DNA of 64,000 nt from an uncultured Terracidiphilus sp. (GTDB lineage Bacteria; Acidobacteriota; Terriglobia; Terriglobales; Acidobacteriaceae): the NCBI GenBank assembly GCA_964644105.1, contig CAZXVX010000001.1, positions 1,909-65,908 of the forward strand, in the 5' to 3' direction. Of this stretch, positions 28,152 to 38,070 are shown piece by piece. Each line of letters starts with the position of its first letter. The stretch's first letter is position 1. The notes beneath the pieces are model-generated. The model did no database searches. It saw only the letters and a program-made list of their open reading frames with translations, and was not told the DNA's origin. Both the position numbers and the translations under genes were made by a program.

Positions 28152-28814
28152 TCAATAGTACGTTTCCTTCATTGCCCGCCCCTCTTGAACCATGGTGAGG
28201 AACCTGCGCGCCAGCTCATGAATTCTTTTTTCCTGGCGAAACGTCAGGGCCTCGATGGGAAGAAGCTCTCCGCCAACTCCAATCGCGCTGGCTCCAGCAA
28301 CAATATAGTCGAGCGCTGTCGACTGGTTCACTCCGCCGGTGGCAATAAAAGGAATATGAGGAAGCGGGTGTCTTATTGCGCGAAGGTATTGAACGCCGCC
28401 CACGTGGCCAGTGGGAAATAGCTTGACAAAATCCGATCCTGCCTTCCAGGCGGCGATAACTTCGGAGGGCGTCAAAGCCCCCGTCAGCATGGCAACGTCT
28501 ACCTTCTTTGCGTAAGACACAACTTCCGGAACGAATCCTGGAGTAGTCAGAAATCTCGCTCCCGCATTGACGCTGCTACGCGCCATTTCATCATCCAACA
28601 CCGTGCCGGCTCCGACAACCATATCCGAAAAGCGATAAGCCATGTCGCTGATTACACTCAGCGCGCCCGGTGTCGTCAGGGTGATCTCGACGATCGGGAT
28701 TCCTCCCGCATAAACCGTTTCCGCTGCGAATCGCGCCAAATCCTTGGAACTAACCCGGACGGAAGGCAGAATGCCAATCTCCTTGATTCGAGCGCACACA
28801 TCTTCTCGCTTCAT
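28152..28814 (-). CDS. eda: KDPG/KHG (2-keto-4-hydroxyglutarate) aldolase
   Basis: IVEITL (Glu), GAGTVLD, TPSEV, VKLFP (Schiff-base Lys) and TGGV. Confidence 0.85.
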   Translation of the reverse strand: MKREDVCARIKEIGILPSVRVSSKDLARFAAETVYAGGIPIVEITLTTPGALSVISDMAYRFSDMVVGAGTVLDDEMARSSVNAGARFLTTPGFVPEVVSYAKKVDVAMLTGALTPSEVIAAWKAGSDFVKLFPTGHVGGVQYLRAIRHPLPHIPFIATGGVNQSTALDYIVAGASAIGVGGELLPIEALTFRQEKRIHELARRFLTMVQEGRAMKETYY

Positions 28815-30097
28815 TGAATCACCTCATGCCCAACGGCAAGATTCATTTGTCCCACGGCCGTCATATACGCGCCGATCAACTGCAAGTAGGTCAGTTGCAC
28901 CACACGATAGTCGCTTTGCGCATTGAGAAAATCCATCAGCGACGCGCCCCCATGCTGATAGGCAAATGTCACCGTATCGCGCACATAAACGGACTGCTCG
29001 AGATACTGTGCCTTGTACGGCTTGATCAGCGCAATATTGCTGCGCACCAATTCGTAGGCATTATCAACATCGCTGAAAACCTGCGCTTTCGCGGCCTCGG
29101 CGGCTTGCTGGCTTCTATCGATGTCGATCAGCGTGCGCTTTTTTTCACCCTGATTGCGGTCGAATATCCTGATCGGGATGCTGACACTAAGGCCGAGAGT
29201 GTCATAATCGTTTGGATTACTAAAGGACGGATTATGCGTCCACCACGCACCGAAGGTTGGATCAGTCGAGCCATTGGAGACGGCGAGTTTGTGATTGGTT
29301 TGCGATAGCTCGATGGCCTGGATCGCCGCCCGCAGGTCTGGCCTGTTATCCAGCGCAACCTGGTGATAATTGTCAATCGGCTGCAGCTCCGGGCCAAGCT
29401 CGAAAGGTCCAATAACATCGAACTTATCGACCGGCGTGCGGTCGTCAAGAAGCAGCAAAAGCTGAATCTTCTGCTGGCGCAGATTGACAATGGCGGTCTC
29501 AATCTCTGCTTCGTATTGCACTCGCTGAAGTTCGATCCGCACCAGATCGATCTTAGCCAGATCGCCGGCTTTGAAGCGCTCGCGGCTGATCTCGATGATT
29601 TTGTCGTAATACTCCAGATCGGCCTTGGCTAACTCCAGAACCGCTTTGGCCTGAAGAGTCAGCACAAAGGCCGAACGCAGTCCAAAGATCAGATTGCGTT
29701 CCAGGTCAACGTGTTGTGACTCATTAATCTGTGTGCCTTCCTTGGCGCTCTCCAAGCGCAACTCGCGCTTTCGTTCGCGCTCATGCAAGTAACTGAAGTT
29801 AGGCTGAAACTGCGTTCCGGCCAATGGCTGCCACACACCGTTGTGACGAGCCAGTTGAGTTCCATCTGTTGAGAAAGTGAATTGCGGATTGGGGCGGAGA
29901 AAAGCTGTAATCTCGGCGGCCTTCATCTCCTCCACATTGGCCGTATCCGCTTTCAACAATGGATTAACCGTCTCGAACTTCGCCTTGACCTGCTCCCACG
30001 TCATGCTCTGCTGCGCGCCGGCGAAACTTGCCAGCGAGAACAAGCCCATGAAAATAACTACGCCGCTGCGTAAAAACATAAGTTTCATCCTAGACAT
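28811..30097 (-). CDS. TolC family outer membrane efflux protein (CzcC-like)
   Basis: Signal peptide, RPNPQF, RPDLRAA, SIPIRIFDRNQGE and GGASLMDFLNAQ. Confidence 0.9.
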   Translation of the reverse strand: MSRMKLMFLRSGVVIFMGLFSLASFAGAQQSMTWEQVKAKFETVNPLLKADTANVEEMKAAEITAFLRPNPQFTFSTDGTQLARHNGVWQPLAGTQFQPNFSYLHERERKRELRLESAKEGTQINESQHVDLERNLIFGLRSAFVLTLQAKAVLELAKADLEYYDKIIEISRERFKAGDLAKIDLVRIELQRVQYEAEIETAIVNLRQQKIQLLLLLDDRTPVDKFDVIGPFELGPELQPIDNYHQVALDNRPDLRAAIQAIELSQTNHKLAVSNGSTDPTFGAWWTHNPSFSNPNDYDTLGLSVSIPIRIFDRNQGEKKRTLIDIDRSQQAAEAAKAQVFSDVDNAYELVRSNIALIKPYKAQYLEQSVYVRDTVTFAYQHGGASLMDFLNAQSDYRVVQLTYLQLIGAYMTAVGQMNLAVGHEVIQ

Positions 30098-33000
30098 CAA
30101 GGGTTCCCTCCGGCGCTGGCAATTTATCCGTGTCACGCGCAACCCATACATACAGAGTCGGTAATAGGAAGATGCTCAAAATGAGGTCAACCATAAGACC
30201 GCCCACGATGACAATGGCAAAGGGACGCTGCGAGTCAGAGCCGATGCCATGCGATAGGGCGGCAGGTAATAGTCCCAAAGTTGCCACCAGCATAGTCATC
30301 ATGATGGGCCGAAGCCTCAGGACAGCTCCTTCAATCGCCGCGCCTTCCACCGTATAACCGCGCGCCCTGAGCTGGTTGATGTACTCCAGCATGATAACTC
30401 CGGTTTGCACGGAAACCCCGAAGAGCGCGAGAAATCCGACGCTTGACGAGACGCTGATGTTAGTGCCAGTTACCAGCAGAGCCAGCGCTCCACCCACCGG
30501 CGCCAGGGCCACATTGACCAAAATCAGTCCTGCCCATTTGAAGGACTTGAACATGGTGAACAAGATCATAGCAATCAGCGCCACGGTAAGCGGAACAATC
30601 AGTGCGAGACGTCTATCGGCGCGCTGCTTGCTCTCATATTCGCCGGCCCACACATAGTGATACCCTTTGGGAAGCGGAACTAACTTGGTGACCGTGGAGA
30701 TAGCTTCTTCGACGGCTCCTCCGAGATCGCGACCGCGCACACTGTACTTTACGGCAATATATCTCTGTTCTCCCTCGCGATATATCTCCTCCGCTCCATC
30801 CGTGGTCCCGATCCTGGTCAATTGCGCCAGCGAAACGCGCTCACCGGTAGGTGCAAGCAAACGTACGTTCTCAATTGCCTCCCTGGTGTCGCGAAATTGT
30901 TTCTGATAACGCAACACAAGATCATATTGCGCCTCGCCTTTCAGCACTTCGCTCAAGACCGTTCCGCCAACCGCGGTTTGAATTGCATCCTGAATATCGG
31001 CAACATTAATGCCCCAGCGCGCAGCGGCCTGCCGATCCACGGTAAAAGTTAGATTGGGCTGACCAATGATGGGAAGTAACCCAAGATCGGCTACACCGGG
31101 AATCTTGCTCATGACATTGACAACTTCATTGCCTTTTTCGCCAAGCGTCGTAAAATCGTCTCCGTATATTTTGACCGATAACTCGCCCTTGACGCCGCTG
31201 ACAGCTTCTTCCATGTTATCTTCAATCGGTTGAGAGAAGCCCCAAATCACACTCGGAACCGCGTTTTCCAGTTGCTGATTCATGGACGCAATCAAAGCAT
31301 CTTTGTCCTGATGAAAAACCGGTCGCCACTGCTCCTTGGGCTTCAAGTTGACATTGTATTCGGTATCAAAAAATCCAGTCCAGTCCGTTCCGTCATCGGG
31401 TCGGCCTATCTGATCTACAACATCGGTTACTTCCGGAAAGCTCGCCATGATAAGGCGGGCCTTGTTGGAGATTGCCAAACTGGCGTCCGGCCCCGTGGAC
31501 ATAGGAAGCGTGCCGCGCACCCACAGCGATCCTTCATCCAAATGAGGAAGGAATTCGGAACCTATTACACTGGACAAAAGAACGATAGAAATCACAAAGC
31601 CAGCCACGCTGGCGCCTAAAGTAATCCAACGATGATGAATGGCCCATGCAGCACCGTTTTTGTAGTGAGTCTTGAGAAACTCCATGACCGGATTATGCCA
31701 TTCTTTTGCGCCTCTTCTAAAAAGAATGCTAGACAAAACTGGAGTTACAACTACCGAAAAAAGCATCGCTCCAAGTAAGGCAAAAGCAACTGTCCACGCC
31801 AGCGGCTTGAAGAGCCGTCCCTCCACCGATTGCAAAGTAAAGATGGGCAGATAGGCGGTGATAATAATTGCTATGGCGTAGAATACCGGCCGTTGAACCT
31901 CGTGCGCGGCCTCCTTGATCTTATCTTGTACGCTGCGCGTCCCATTTTTTCGCGCAAGGTGGCGGACGATATTCTCCACCATAACCACTGCGCCGTCCAC
32001 AACCATGCCGAAATCTAGCGCGCCTAATGACAAAAGGTTTGCCGGGATATGGCTCAAGTCAAGGCAGATAGAGGCAAAAAGCAAAGCGAACGGGATTGTA
32101 ACCGCGACGATAATCGCTCCGCGCACATTGCCCAGAAAGAGAATCAGAATGATCGATACGAGAACGATTCCTTCCGTCAGATTATGTAGCACTGTATGCG
32201 TAGTTAGATGAACCAGTTCACTGCGATCTAAAAAAGGCACAACCTTCACGCCCTTGGGAAGGATTTGATCGTTAAGTTCCTTGACTTTGTCCTCAATTTT
32301 CTTCAGGACAGGATCGGCATCGGCTCCCTTTTTTAGCAAAACCACGCCTTCCACCACATCCTGGTTGTCTATAATCTTGCCATCCTCGTAATGCCTTACT
32401 CCATTTTTGTCTACCGTATATGGCTTGAATGCTTTTGAAATCTGTCCTAGCCTTATCTTCGGTCCCTGTTCAACTTCGGCAATATCCTTGACACGTATGG
32501 GAGTTCCACCCTGGGTTTTAATCAGAGTGTCTTCAATCTGTTGTATAGTTTCATACAGGCCTTGCGCCTGCACATTGATTTGCTGTGATCCGGCAACAAT
32601 GAAGCTGCCGCCGGCGTTGGTATTATTGGTCTGGAGCTGCTGTTCAACCTGTGCTATGCTCAGGCCATAACTTATCAGCGTATCCGGATTGAGGCGGATC
32701 TGATATTCCTTGGTCGTGCCACCAGAACTGGCGACGTCGACAACGCCCGGAATGTTTTTAAATTGTTTTTCAAGCGTCCAGTCTTCAATCGCCTTTTGCT
32801 CCATCACATCAACTGTTGGATTTTTGCTTTCAATGGTGTACCAGTAAATCTGTCCAGCGGGACTCCAATCTGTCTGTAACTGGGGCACCAGGTTTGAAGG
32901 CAATGTGACACTGGAGAGTCTTTCAAGAACTCTCTCGCGATTCCAGCTATTATCCGAGTCATCATTGAAGTTCATCATGATGCTTGAAATCCCGGCCAGG

Positions 33001-33257
33001 CTGAAAGAACGCAGATTCTTCATGTCCGGAATCCCGGCCATTGCGATTTCACAAGGGACAGTAATCTGCTTTTCAATATCCTCAGCTGAATGCCCAGGCC
33101 ACTGCGTAATGATATTGACATAATTATCCGCAACATCGGGATAGGCATCGACAGGGAGGTTATGAAAAGAGATTCCCCCCCATACAAATAGCATTATCAC
33201 GATTGCCAGCACGAGAAAGCGGTTTTTTAGCGCAAAATCTACGAATTTTTGGATCAT
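30090..33257 (-). CDS. CusA/CzcA family heavy-metal RND permease
   Basis: DAYPDV, ANLLSLGALDFGMVVDGAVVMVEN, EGRLFKPLA, RLRPIMMT and GSDSQRPFAIVIVGG. Confidence 0.95.
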   Translation of the reverse strand: MIQKFVDFALKNRFLVLAIVIMLFVWGGISFHNLPVDAYPDVADNYVNIITQWPGHSAEDIEKQITVPCEIAMAGIPDMKNLRSFSLAGISSIMMNFNDDSDNSWNRERVLERLSSVTLPSNLVPQLQTDWSPAGQIYWYTIESKNPTVDVMEQKAIEDWTLEKQFKNIPGVVDVASSGGTTKEYQIRLNPDTLISYGLSIAQVEQQLQTNNTNAGGSFIVAGSQQINVQAQGLYETIQQIEDTLIKTQGGTPIRVKDIAEVEQGPKIRLGQISKAFKPYTVDKNGVRHYEDGKIIDNQDVVEGVVLLKKGADADPVLKKIEDKVKELNDQILPKGVKVVPFLDRSELVHLTTHTVLHNLTEGIVLVSIILILFLGNVRGAIIVAVTIPFALLFASICLDLSHIPANLLSLGALDFGMVVDGAVVMVENIVRHLARKNGTRSVQDKIKEAAHEVQRPVFYAIAIIITAYLPIFTLQSVEGRLFKPLAWTVAFALLGAMLFSVVVTPVLSSILFRRGAKEWHNPVMEFLKTHYKNGAAWAIHHRWITLGASVAGFVISIVLLSSVIGSEFLPHLDEGSLWVRGTLPMSTGPDASLAISNKARLIMASFPEVTDVVDQIGRPDDGTDWTGFFDTEYNVNLKPKEQWRPVFHQDKDALIASMNQQLENAVPSVIWGFSQPIEDNMEEAVSGVKGELSVKIYGDDFTTLGEKGNEVVNVMSKIPGVADLGLLPIIGQPNLTFTVDRQAAARWGINVADIQDAIQTAVGGTVLSEVLKGEAQYDLVLRYQKQFRDTREAIENVRLLAPTGERVSLAQLTRIGTTDGAEEIYREGEQRYIAVKYSVRGRDLGGAVEEAISTVTKLVPLPKGYHYVWAGEYESKQRADRRLALIVPLTVALIAMILFTMFKSFKWAGLILVNVALAPVGGALALLVTGTNISVSSSVGFLALFGVSVQTGVIMLEYINQLRARGYTVEGAAIEGAVLRLRPIMMTMLVATLGLLPAALSHGIGSDSQRPFAIVIVGGLMVDLILSIFLLPTLYVWVARDTDKLPAPEGTLDV

Positions 33258-34393
33258 TGCGCCTCCAGTATGGACTCAAGCAGAAGAACATTGGAGACCA
33301 CTTGCTGGCCAGCTTGAATGCCGGAGAGCAACTCCTGCTTGTTATCGGGAAGCATATTGCCGGTGTGAACTTCAACGCGCTTAAATTGCTTGCCGCCTGC
33401 CGGAATAAAGACCCAATCACGGTCATGGAGGTGCAGAACGGCGGTTGCAGGAACGACGGCACTTAGTTCCTTTTTCTTGCTTTCAAAGGTTGCTGTTACG
33501 AACATTCCTAACTTTAGAATGCCGGGATTGGAAATCTCGACGCGCACCTTAGCGGTGCGAATGCTGGGATCAAGAACCGGGCCGATGTCACTGACACGGC
33601 CAGTAAGAACTTTGTCGGGATAGGCAGTAAGATGAATCTGCGCGGACTGGCCAATCGTAATCTTGGGAATGTCATTTTCGTAAACATCGCAGATAATCCA
33701 AACACTGGTGAGATCGGCAATGGTGAATGCTGTTGCCGAGCCAGAAAGATTGACTCCAGCGGCTGCGGCTTGAGTAACATTCTGCGCAATGATGACTCCA
33801 GAGATGGGCGCATAAACATTCACAATGCTGCTTGGATGATTCTTATCCACGCCCAGAGTTTTGAGTCCTTCTTCCGCAGCAGTCAAATCAGCCTCAGAGT
33901 CTTTCTCGGCATCTTCAGCCAGTTCCAGCGCGGATTGTGAAATGGCACCGTGCTCATAAAGAGTCTTAGACCGCTCATACTGCAGATGATTCATGCGCTC
34001 GTCGTTGACGGCCTTGAGATAAACATCAAAGGCTCCGGCTACATCAGGGCTTTGCACCTTAAACAGTAAATCACCTTTTTTCACATAATCATCAAGACGA
34101 GCTTTAATATCAACTACGCGACCATTCGCCAGCGAAATGACTGGGATTTCGCGTGCGATGTCGGGAAAGACCGCGCCGGTAACCTTTAACTCGAAAGACG
34201 CTTCGCGCTGCTCCGATGCGATCAACGGGAACTGTTCTGGTTTATCAACCGTAACCTGGCTCATATCGCCGGCTTGCACTACCTGAGCTGGGGGCGGCGC
34301 ACCGTCAGATGCACTAAACTCTTTTTTGCACCCAGTTATTAGGACGCTTGCAGAAAGACAACCGATAGTTATAAAGAGGTATTTACTTGTCAT
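33254..34393 (-). CDS. RND efflux periplasmic adaptor (CzcB-like), lipoprotein
   Basis: Lipobox ITGC, APISGVI, IADLTSVW and LKLGMFV. ATGA overlap with the permease gene. Confidence 0.93.
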   Translation of the reverse strand: MTSKYLFITIGCLSASVLITGCKKEFSASDGAPPPAQVVQAGDMSQVTVDKPEQFPLIASEQREASFELKVTGAVFPDIAREIPVISLANGRVVDIKARLDDYVKKGDLLFKVQSPDVAGAFDVYLKAVNDERMNHLQYERSKTLYEHGAISQSALELAEDAEKDSEADLTAAEEGLKTLGVDKNHPSSIVNVYAPISGVIIAQNVTQAAAAGVNLSGSATAFTIADLTSVWIICDVYENDIPKITIGQSAQIHLTAYPDKVLTGRVSDIGPVLDPSIRTAKVRVEISNPGILKLGMFVTATFESKKKELSAVVPATAVLHLHDRDWVFIPAGGKQFKRVEVHTGNMLPDNKQELLSGIQAGQQVVSNVLLLESILEAQ

Positions 34394-34576
34394 TGAATCG
34401 CCTCACATTCTGGGATAAGCGATTTCGACCTGTTGACAGCTAGTTAAATTTAACTGTTTTCGCAAGGTTGAACCGCCCCGTAAATGAATTGAAAAAAATT
34501 CCCCGGACATCCTGTACGCTGTATGTTCCACCGCGATTCTAGGAAGTCAATCTGGCATAAAATGAAGAGTAAGTAA

Positions 34577-34975
34577 TTACGCAAATGGTGGGGGACGGGT
34601 CAGCACGGAGTGTTTGGCGGGATTTACAATCAGTTGACTGGCAAGATTTATCCGCTTCGCGAATCGCAAAGTATCGGAGAGTTGCATATAGACAGGCAAG
34701 ATTAGATTAGTAGTTGTATGCGGCGCATAGTGTGGCGGAGCGCCCACGTGGTCTTTGCGCTGACTGCCGTCTGTTTCTGCAGTGATTTGCGCCGCCAGCA
34801 GATCGTCGGTAACCGAGATGACTGGAAACATAATCAGAATGACAACCGCTAATGCGACCAGTTGCGTTCGCCGACATGCGCCCATCTGCGGAGCATGACT
34901 CATCCACAACATGAGCATCAGTGCGGCCATTGCAATCCAGGCGAAATTGAGGATCCATTCCATTAAGTGAGTCAT
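34577..34975 (-). CDS. Small membrane protein ending in RPPP, candidate leader/arrest peptide
   Basis: Two hydrophobic segments, FPVISVTDDL, a His-containing stretch and C-terminal TRPPPFA. Lies directly upstream of the RND operon. Confidence 0.65.
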   Translation of the reverse strand: MTHLMEWILNFAWIAMAALMLMLWMSHAPQMGACRRTQLVALAVVILIMFPVISVTDDLLAAQITAETDGSQRKDHVGAPPHYAPHTTTNLILPVYMQLSDTLRFAKRINLASQLIVNPAKHSVLTRPPPFA

Positions 34976-35091
34976 CCTTGTTTTGCATTAATCGCAGTCC
35001 GGATAATTCGATTTCGATTGAACTATCCGGACTGGCTTTGGTTAATAATTCGCGTTTGAGATACAGTGCATCCAGTGTCTACCGGTCAGGC

Positions 35092-35403
35092 CTATTTACC
35101 CGTATTTGTACGACGAGTTGCGCGCAGCCTGGATTGCGCTATTTCTTTTACGTCCAGATCGCCGCTTTTGTCTGTGTCCAGCCTGTCGAACTCCGCTTCC
35201 ATGAAGTTCATCCACTCTTTCTTGGATATCTTGCCGTTTTTGTCCGTATCCATTAGAAGCAGTAACTGTTTGACTGCATCCTCTCCGAGCGCCAGTTTAT
35301 CCGGCTTGGGAAGAGTTTCCTTTTCTTGAGCCGTTAATCTGCTCGCCGACCAAGCCGCTCCGAAGATTGCTAAAGCGGAAACAAGTTTTCTGCGTGACAA
35401 CAT
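35092..35403 (-). CDS. Secreted EF-hand protein
   Basis: GGAG RBS, MLSRRKLV signal, EF loops DTDKNGKISKKE and DTDKSGDLDVKE. Confidence 0.88.
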   Translation of the reverse strand: MLSRRKLVSALAIFGAAWSASRLTAQEKETLPKPDKLALGEDAVKQLLLLMDTDKNGKISKKEWMNFMEAEFDRLDTDKSGDLDVKEIAQSRLRATRRTNTGK

Positions 35404-35423
35404 ATTCGACTCCTTTGCAAAGG

Positions 35424-35462
35424 GCTGAATCAGCAAAGAAATGAATGCTTCGCTGATTCAGC
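35424..35462. terminator. Intergenic hairpin
   Basis: GCTGAATCAGC ... GCTGATTCAGC inverted repeat between the porin and EF-hand genes. Confidence 0.45.
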
Positions 35463-35470
35463 TTGATCGA

Positions 35471-37531
35471 TTAAAAGCGGACCATGATGGCCATCGTGGC
35501 TACGGTCTGATTGGTGCGCAGATCGGGCCACCAGAGTGCTCTCGTATCGCCCTTTGCAGTAAAACCGTTAGAGAGATTGAGAGCCTGACAGTTTGCAATC
35601 GCTAATGGCTGGCCAGCTACGGCAACTCCTGTATTGGAGTTATTGGAGACATAACCGTAGCCAGAATCACCGCCAGCCGCGCATTGATAGTCTGCCGCGT
35701 TTCCGTTATCGCCTCCCGGTGGAGTTATTCCGCCATGTCCCGTCCAGTAAGGAACGTCGGAGTAGCGCCAGCCAGTTTCCCAGCGAAAGGTGATAAATTG
35801 ACTGGGCATGTAGTCCAGCGTGAAAGTCATATCGTGCATATTGGCGCGATCTCCCGGATTCCCCGTAAAATATGGGGATCCGGTTACCGCCGTGGCGCCG
35901 TTGATGGGAGGCAGAAGAGTCAGATAACGGCCGGGGTTTTTCATCTCGCCGCCACCCAGCGTAATTGCCCAAACATCCTTTTTGAACCAGTAGCGGTTGT
36001 ACATCATCCAACCTTCAAAGCTCTGTTTGGGCCTGCCGTTGCGACTATTGTGGCAGTTGACGCCGCCGTTGTAATCAGAACTCGTGCCCATCATCGGCGA
36101 CAGTCCCTGGGGGCTGAAACTCGTCTGCCCAGTGATTGCATAACTTGGACCGCCGCCGCCGTATTCGCAGCCCAGATCGCCGGTGAAGGTTATTGCCATC
36201 TTGTCCAGAAATTCTTTGGGTCTGTCGTAGTACTTCACTTGCACGCTGTCGTCGGTGTGAATGCGCGAGCGTCCCGGATAGCCTGTATCATCCTCGCCCA
36301 AGCCATAGTTGTTAAAGACGAGGTCAAGCCACGGTGTGGGACGATAGAGAATTTGTCCGCCCAGGCCGGGCTTTCCGTTCGGTCTTGCATACGACTGCCA
36401 GCCGTTGATAAACCACGGCTCGATCTTCAGCTTGGCTGTTGGAAACCACTGAATGCGCAGCCCGTTGAAAAACCACGGCGTGTTAGAGGAGACAAACGAA
36501 GGCTGGTAAGTCCAGTTATCGAAGTTGTAATAACTGAACAGGCCGATGTAAGAAACAAAGATACCTGCATCCACATTCAGTCCATGCTGCACGTCCCAGT
36601 GGTAGCCGCCCCAACCTTCAGCCATGTACTGGTATGCGCCCTTCAAGTCCCAACTGCCGCGGTTCACGCTGCCATCATTGCGCGCCGTGGTGGTTGACCA
36701 TAGGCCGCCGCAGAGGCAGAGAAAGCGCCCGCGCACATTGTCGATGCGGATGTCGCCGCCGAGGCTCACATTTTCCACCTGCCATTCATCGGAGCGGAAA
36801 GTCTCTGTTGAGCCGCCCAGCGTATCATCCACGGGATGATTCATATCGATGGTGTAGTTGGCGTCAGCGCGAAACTCTGGCGTAAAGTACTTGGTGGCCA
36901 TTGGACTGTCAACCTGGTGCCCGTTGTCATTCAACCAAGTCCAATCCCCCGGAAATGGCGTCGCTTTTGTGGTACGCTCCGCGCTGATTTCAGGAGGCGC
37001 GGGAGTAGCGGCCGGAGCTGGTGCGGGAGCTGCCGCTGAAGGAGTAACTTGCAATTCCGCAAGCGTCAACGAAGCTCCTGGAGAAACCAGCGACTTAGTC
37101 GCGTCAGAGAGCTTTTGCGCCATACCGGCGTCACCCTCGCCGGTTAACATGGAACCCTTCATCTTCAATTCGGTTTCAACTTCCGCAATGCGCTTTTGCA
37201 TCGTAACCATATCTTTGGATAAATCCAGAAGTTCCTTGGTCAGAGCCTGGCGCTGATCGTCGCTCGATAGACTGGTACCTTGAAGCGCTGCCGGTTTTGC
37301 TGTGGTTAGAGCATCTACAGTCACTGCAGTTGAGTCATCAGGTTGCGCCTCCCTGGCTGAAGCAAGCAAGATTTTACTGCTGCCAGCCTGTTGCGCTGAA
37401 CTCGCTGGAGACGGCGGCGTGGTCTTTTCGCTATCAGGGCTTGAACTTTGGGCATGACATGCAAGCTGCAAAGCAAATCCGCAGATCGCCACTCCAAGCA
37501 TAGCTACAGTTTTGAGACTCTTCTTCGTCAT
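35471..37531 (-). CDS. Outer-membrane beta-barrel porin (BBP2/OmpL-like), paralog 1
   Basis: Signal peptide, coiled coil, GIFVSYIGLFSYYNFDNW, NTPWFFNG and C-terminal AIMVRF. Confidence 0.8.
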   Translation of the reverse strand: MTKKSLKTVAMLGVAICGFALQLACHAQSSSPDSEKTTPPSPASSAQQAGSSKILLASAREAQPDDSTAVTVDALTTAKPAALQGTSLSSDDQRQALTKELLDLSKDMVTMQKRIAEVETELKMKGSMLTGEGDAGMAQKLSDATKSLVSPGASLTLAELQVTPSAAAPAPAPAATPAPPEISAERTTKATPFPGDWTWLNDNGHQVDSPMATKYFTPEFRADANYTIDMNHPVDDTLGGSTETFRSDEWQVENVSLGGDIRIDNVRGRFLCLCGGLWSTTTARNDGSVNRGSWDLKGAYQYMAEGWGGYHWDVQHGLNVDAGIFVSYIGLFSYYNFDNWTYQPSFVSSNTPWFFNGLRIQWFPTAKLKIEPWFINGWQSYARPNGKPGLGGQILYRPTPWLDLVFNNYGLGEDDTGYPGRSRIHTDDSVQVKYYDRPKEFLDKMAITFTGDLGCEYGGGGPSYAITGQTSFSPQGLSPMMGTSSDYNGGVNCHNSRNGRPKQSFEGWMMYNRYWFKKDVWAITLGGGEMKNPGRYLTLLPPINGATAVTGSPYFTGNPGDRANMHDMTFTLDYMPSQFITFRWETGWRYSDVPYWTGHGGITPPGGDNGNAADYQCAAGGDSGYGYVSNNSNTGVAVAGQPLAIANCQALNLSNGFTAKGDTRALWWPDLRTNQTVATMAIMVRF

Positions 37532-37791
37532 ATTTGTCCTCCGCGACAGTTAGAACATCGCAATTCAAGATTTGGCTTTTTCAAGCAGCGGCCTCTGGCA
37601 CCTATCCCGCTAAGTTACTTGATTCTGATGCCGCACCGCATAAGGAAACCGAAAAGAAAAAGCAGTATTATTGTCAAGATGAAAAACCTATCAGGTTATC
37701 AAAAGGCAATAACTTCCTCTCCACTTTTCAATTAGAAAAGAGCCCACGGAATCGTGGATTACACTGCTTATTCTTTATTTCTATTTGTTTT

Positions 37792-37826
37792 ACATGAGGA
37801 TCGCATGAAGAGTTTCGCAAGAAAGT
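37792..37826 (-). promoter_or_regulatory. Shared upstream motif (CATGAGG-N4-CATGAAGAG)
   Basis: ACATGAGGATCGCATGAAGAGTTTCGCAAGAAAGT upstream of porin paralog 1. Confidence 0.6.
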
Positions 37827-38070
37827 GTTGTAATATGTGCGTCTGCTGCAGTGCCGCTGGGAGGACTTGTGCATTTTGATTTTGTCTTCGATTTCCTTTA
37901 TCATTTGCGAGGATGCGGATTACCTCTGGTTTTCAAATCTCTGCAAATGTTTCACCTGCCATGCAATGACTTCGCGCGCGACGCTAACTCAGATGGGAGT
38001 CTCAAGCGTCGCGCACTTAGTTATTACGAGATAACATGAATGCTTAGCGCAATCTCGCTAAACTGACGAC

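Noticed and set aside
35092-35403. Lanmodulin
   Set aside because: Only two EF hands, and the loops lack the position-2 proline typical of lanmodulin.
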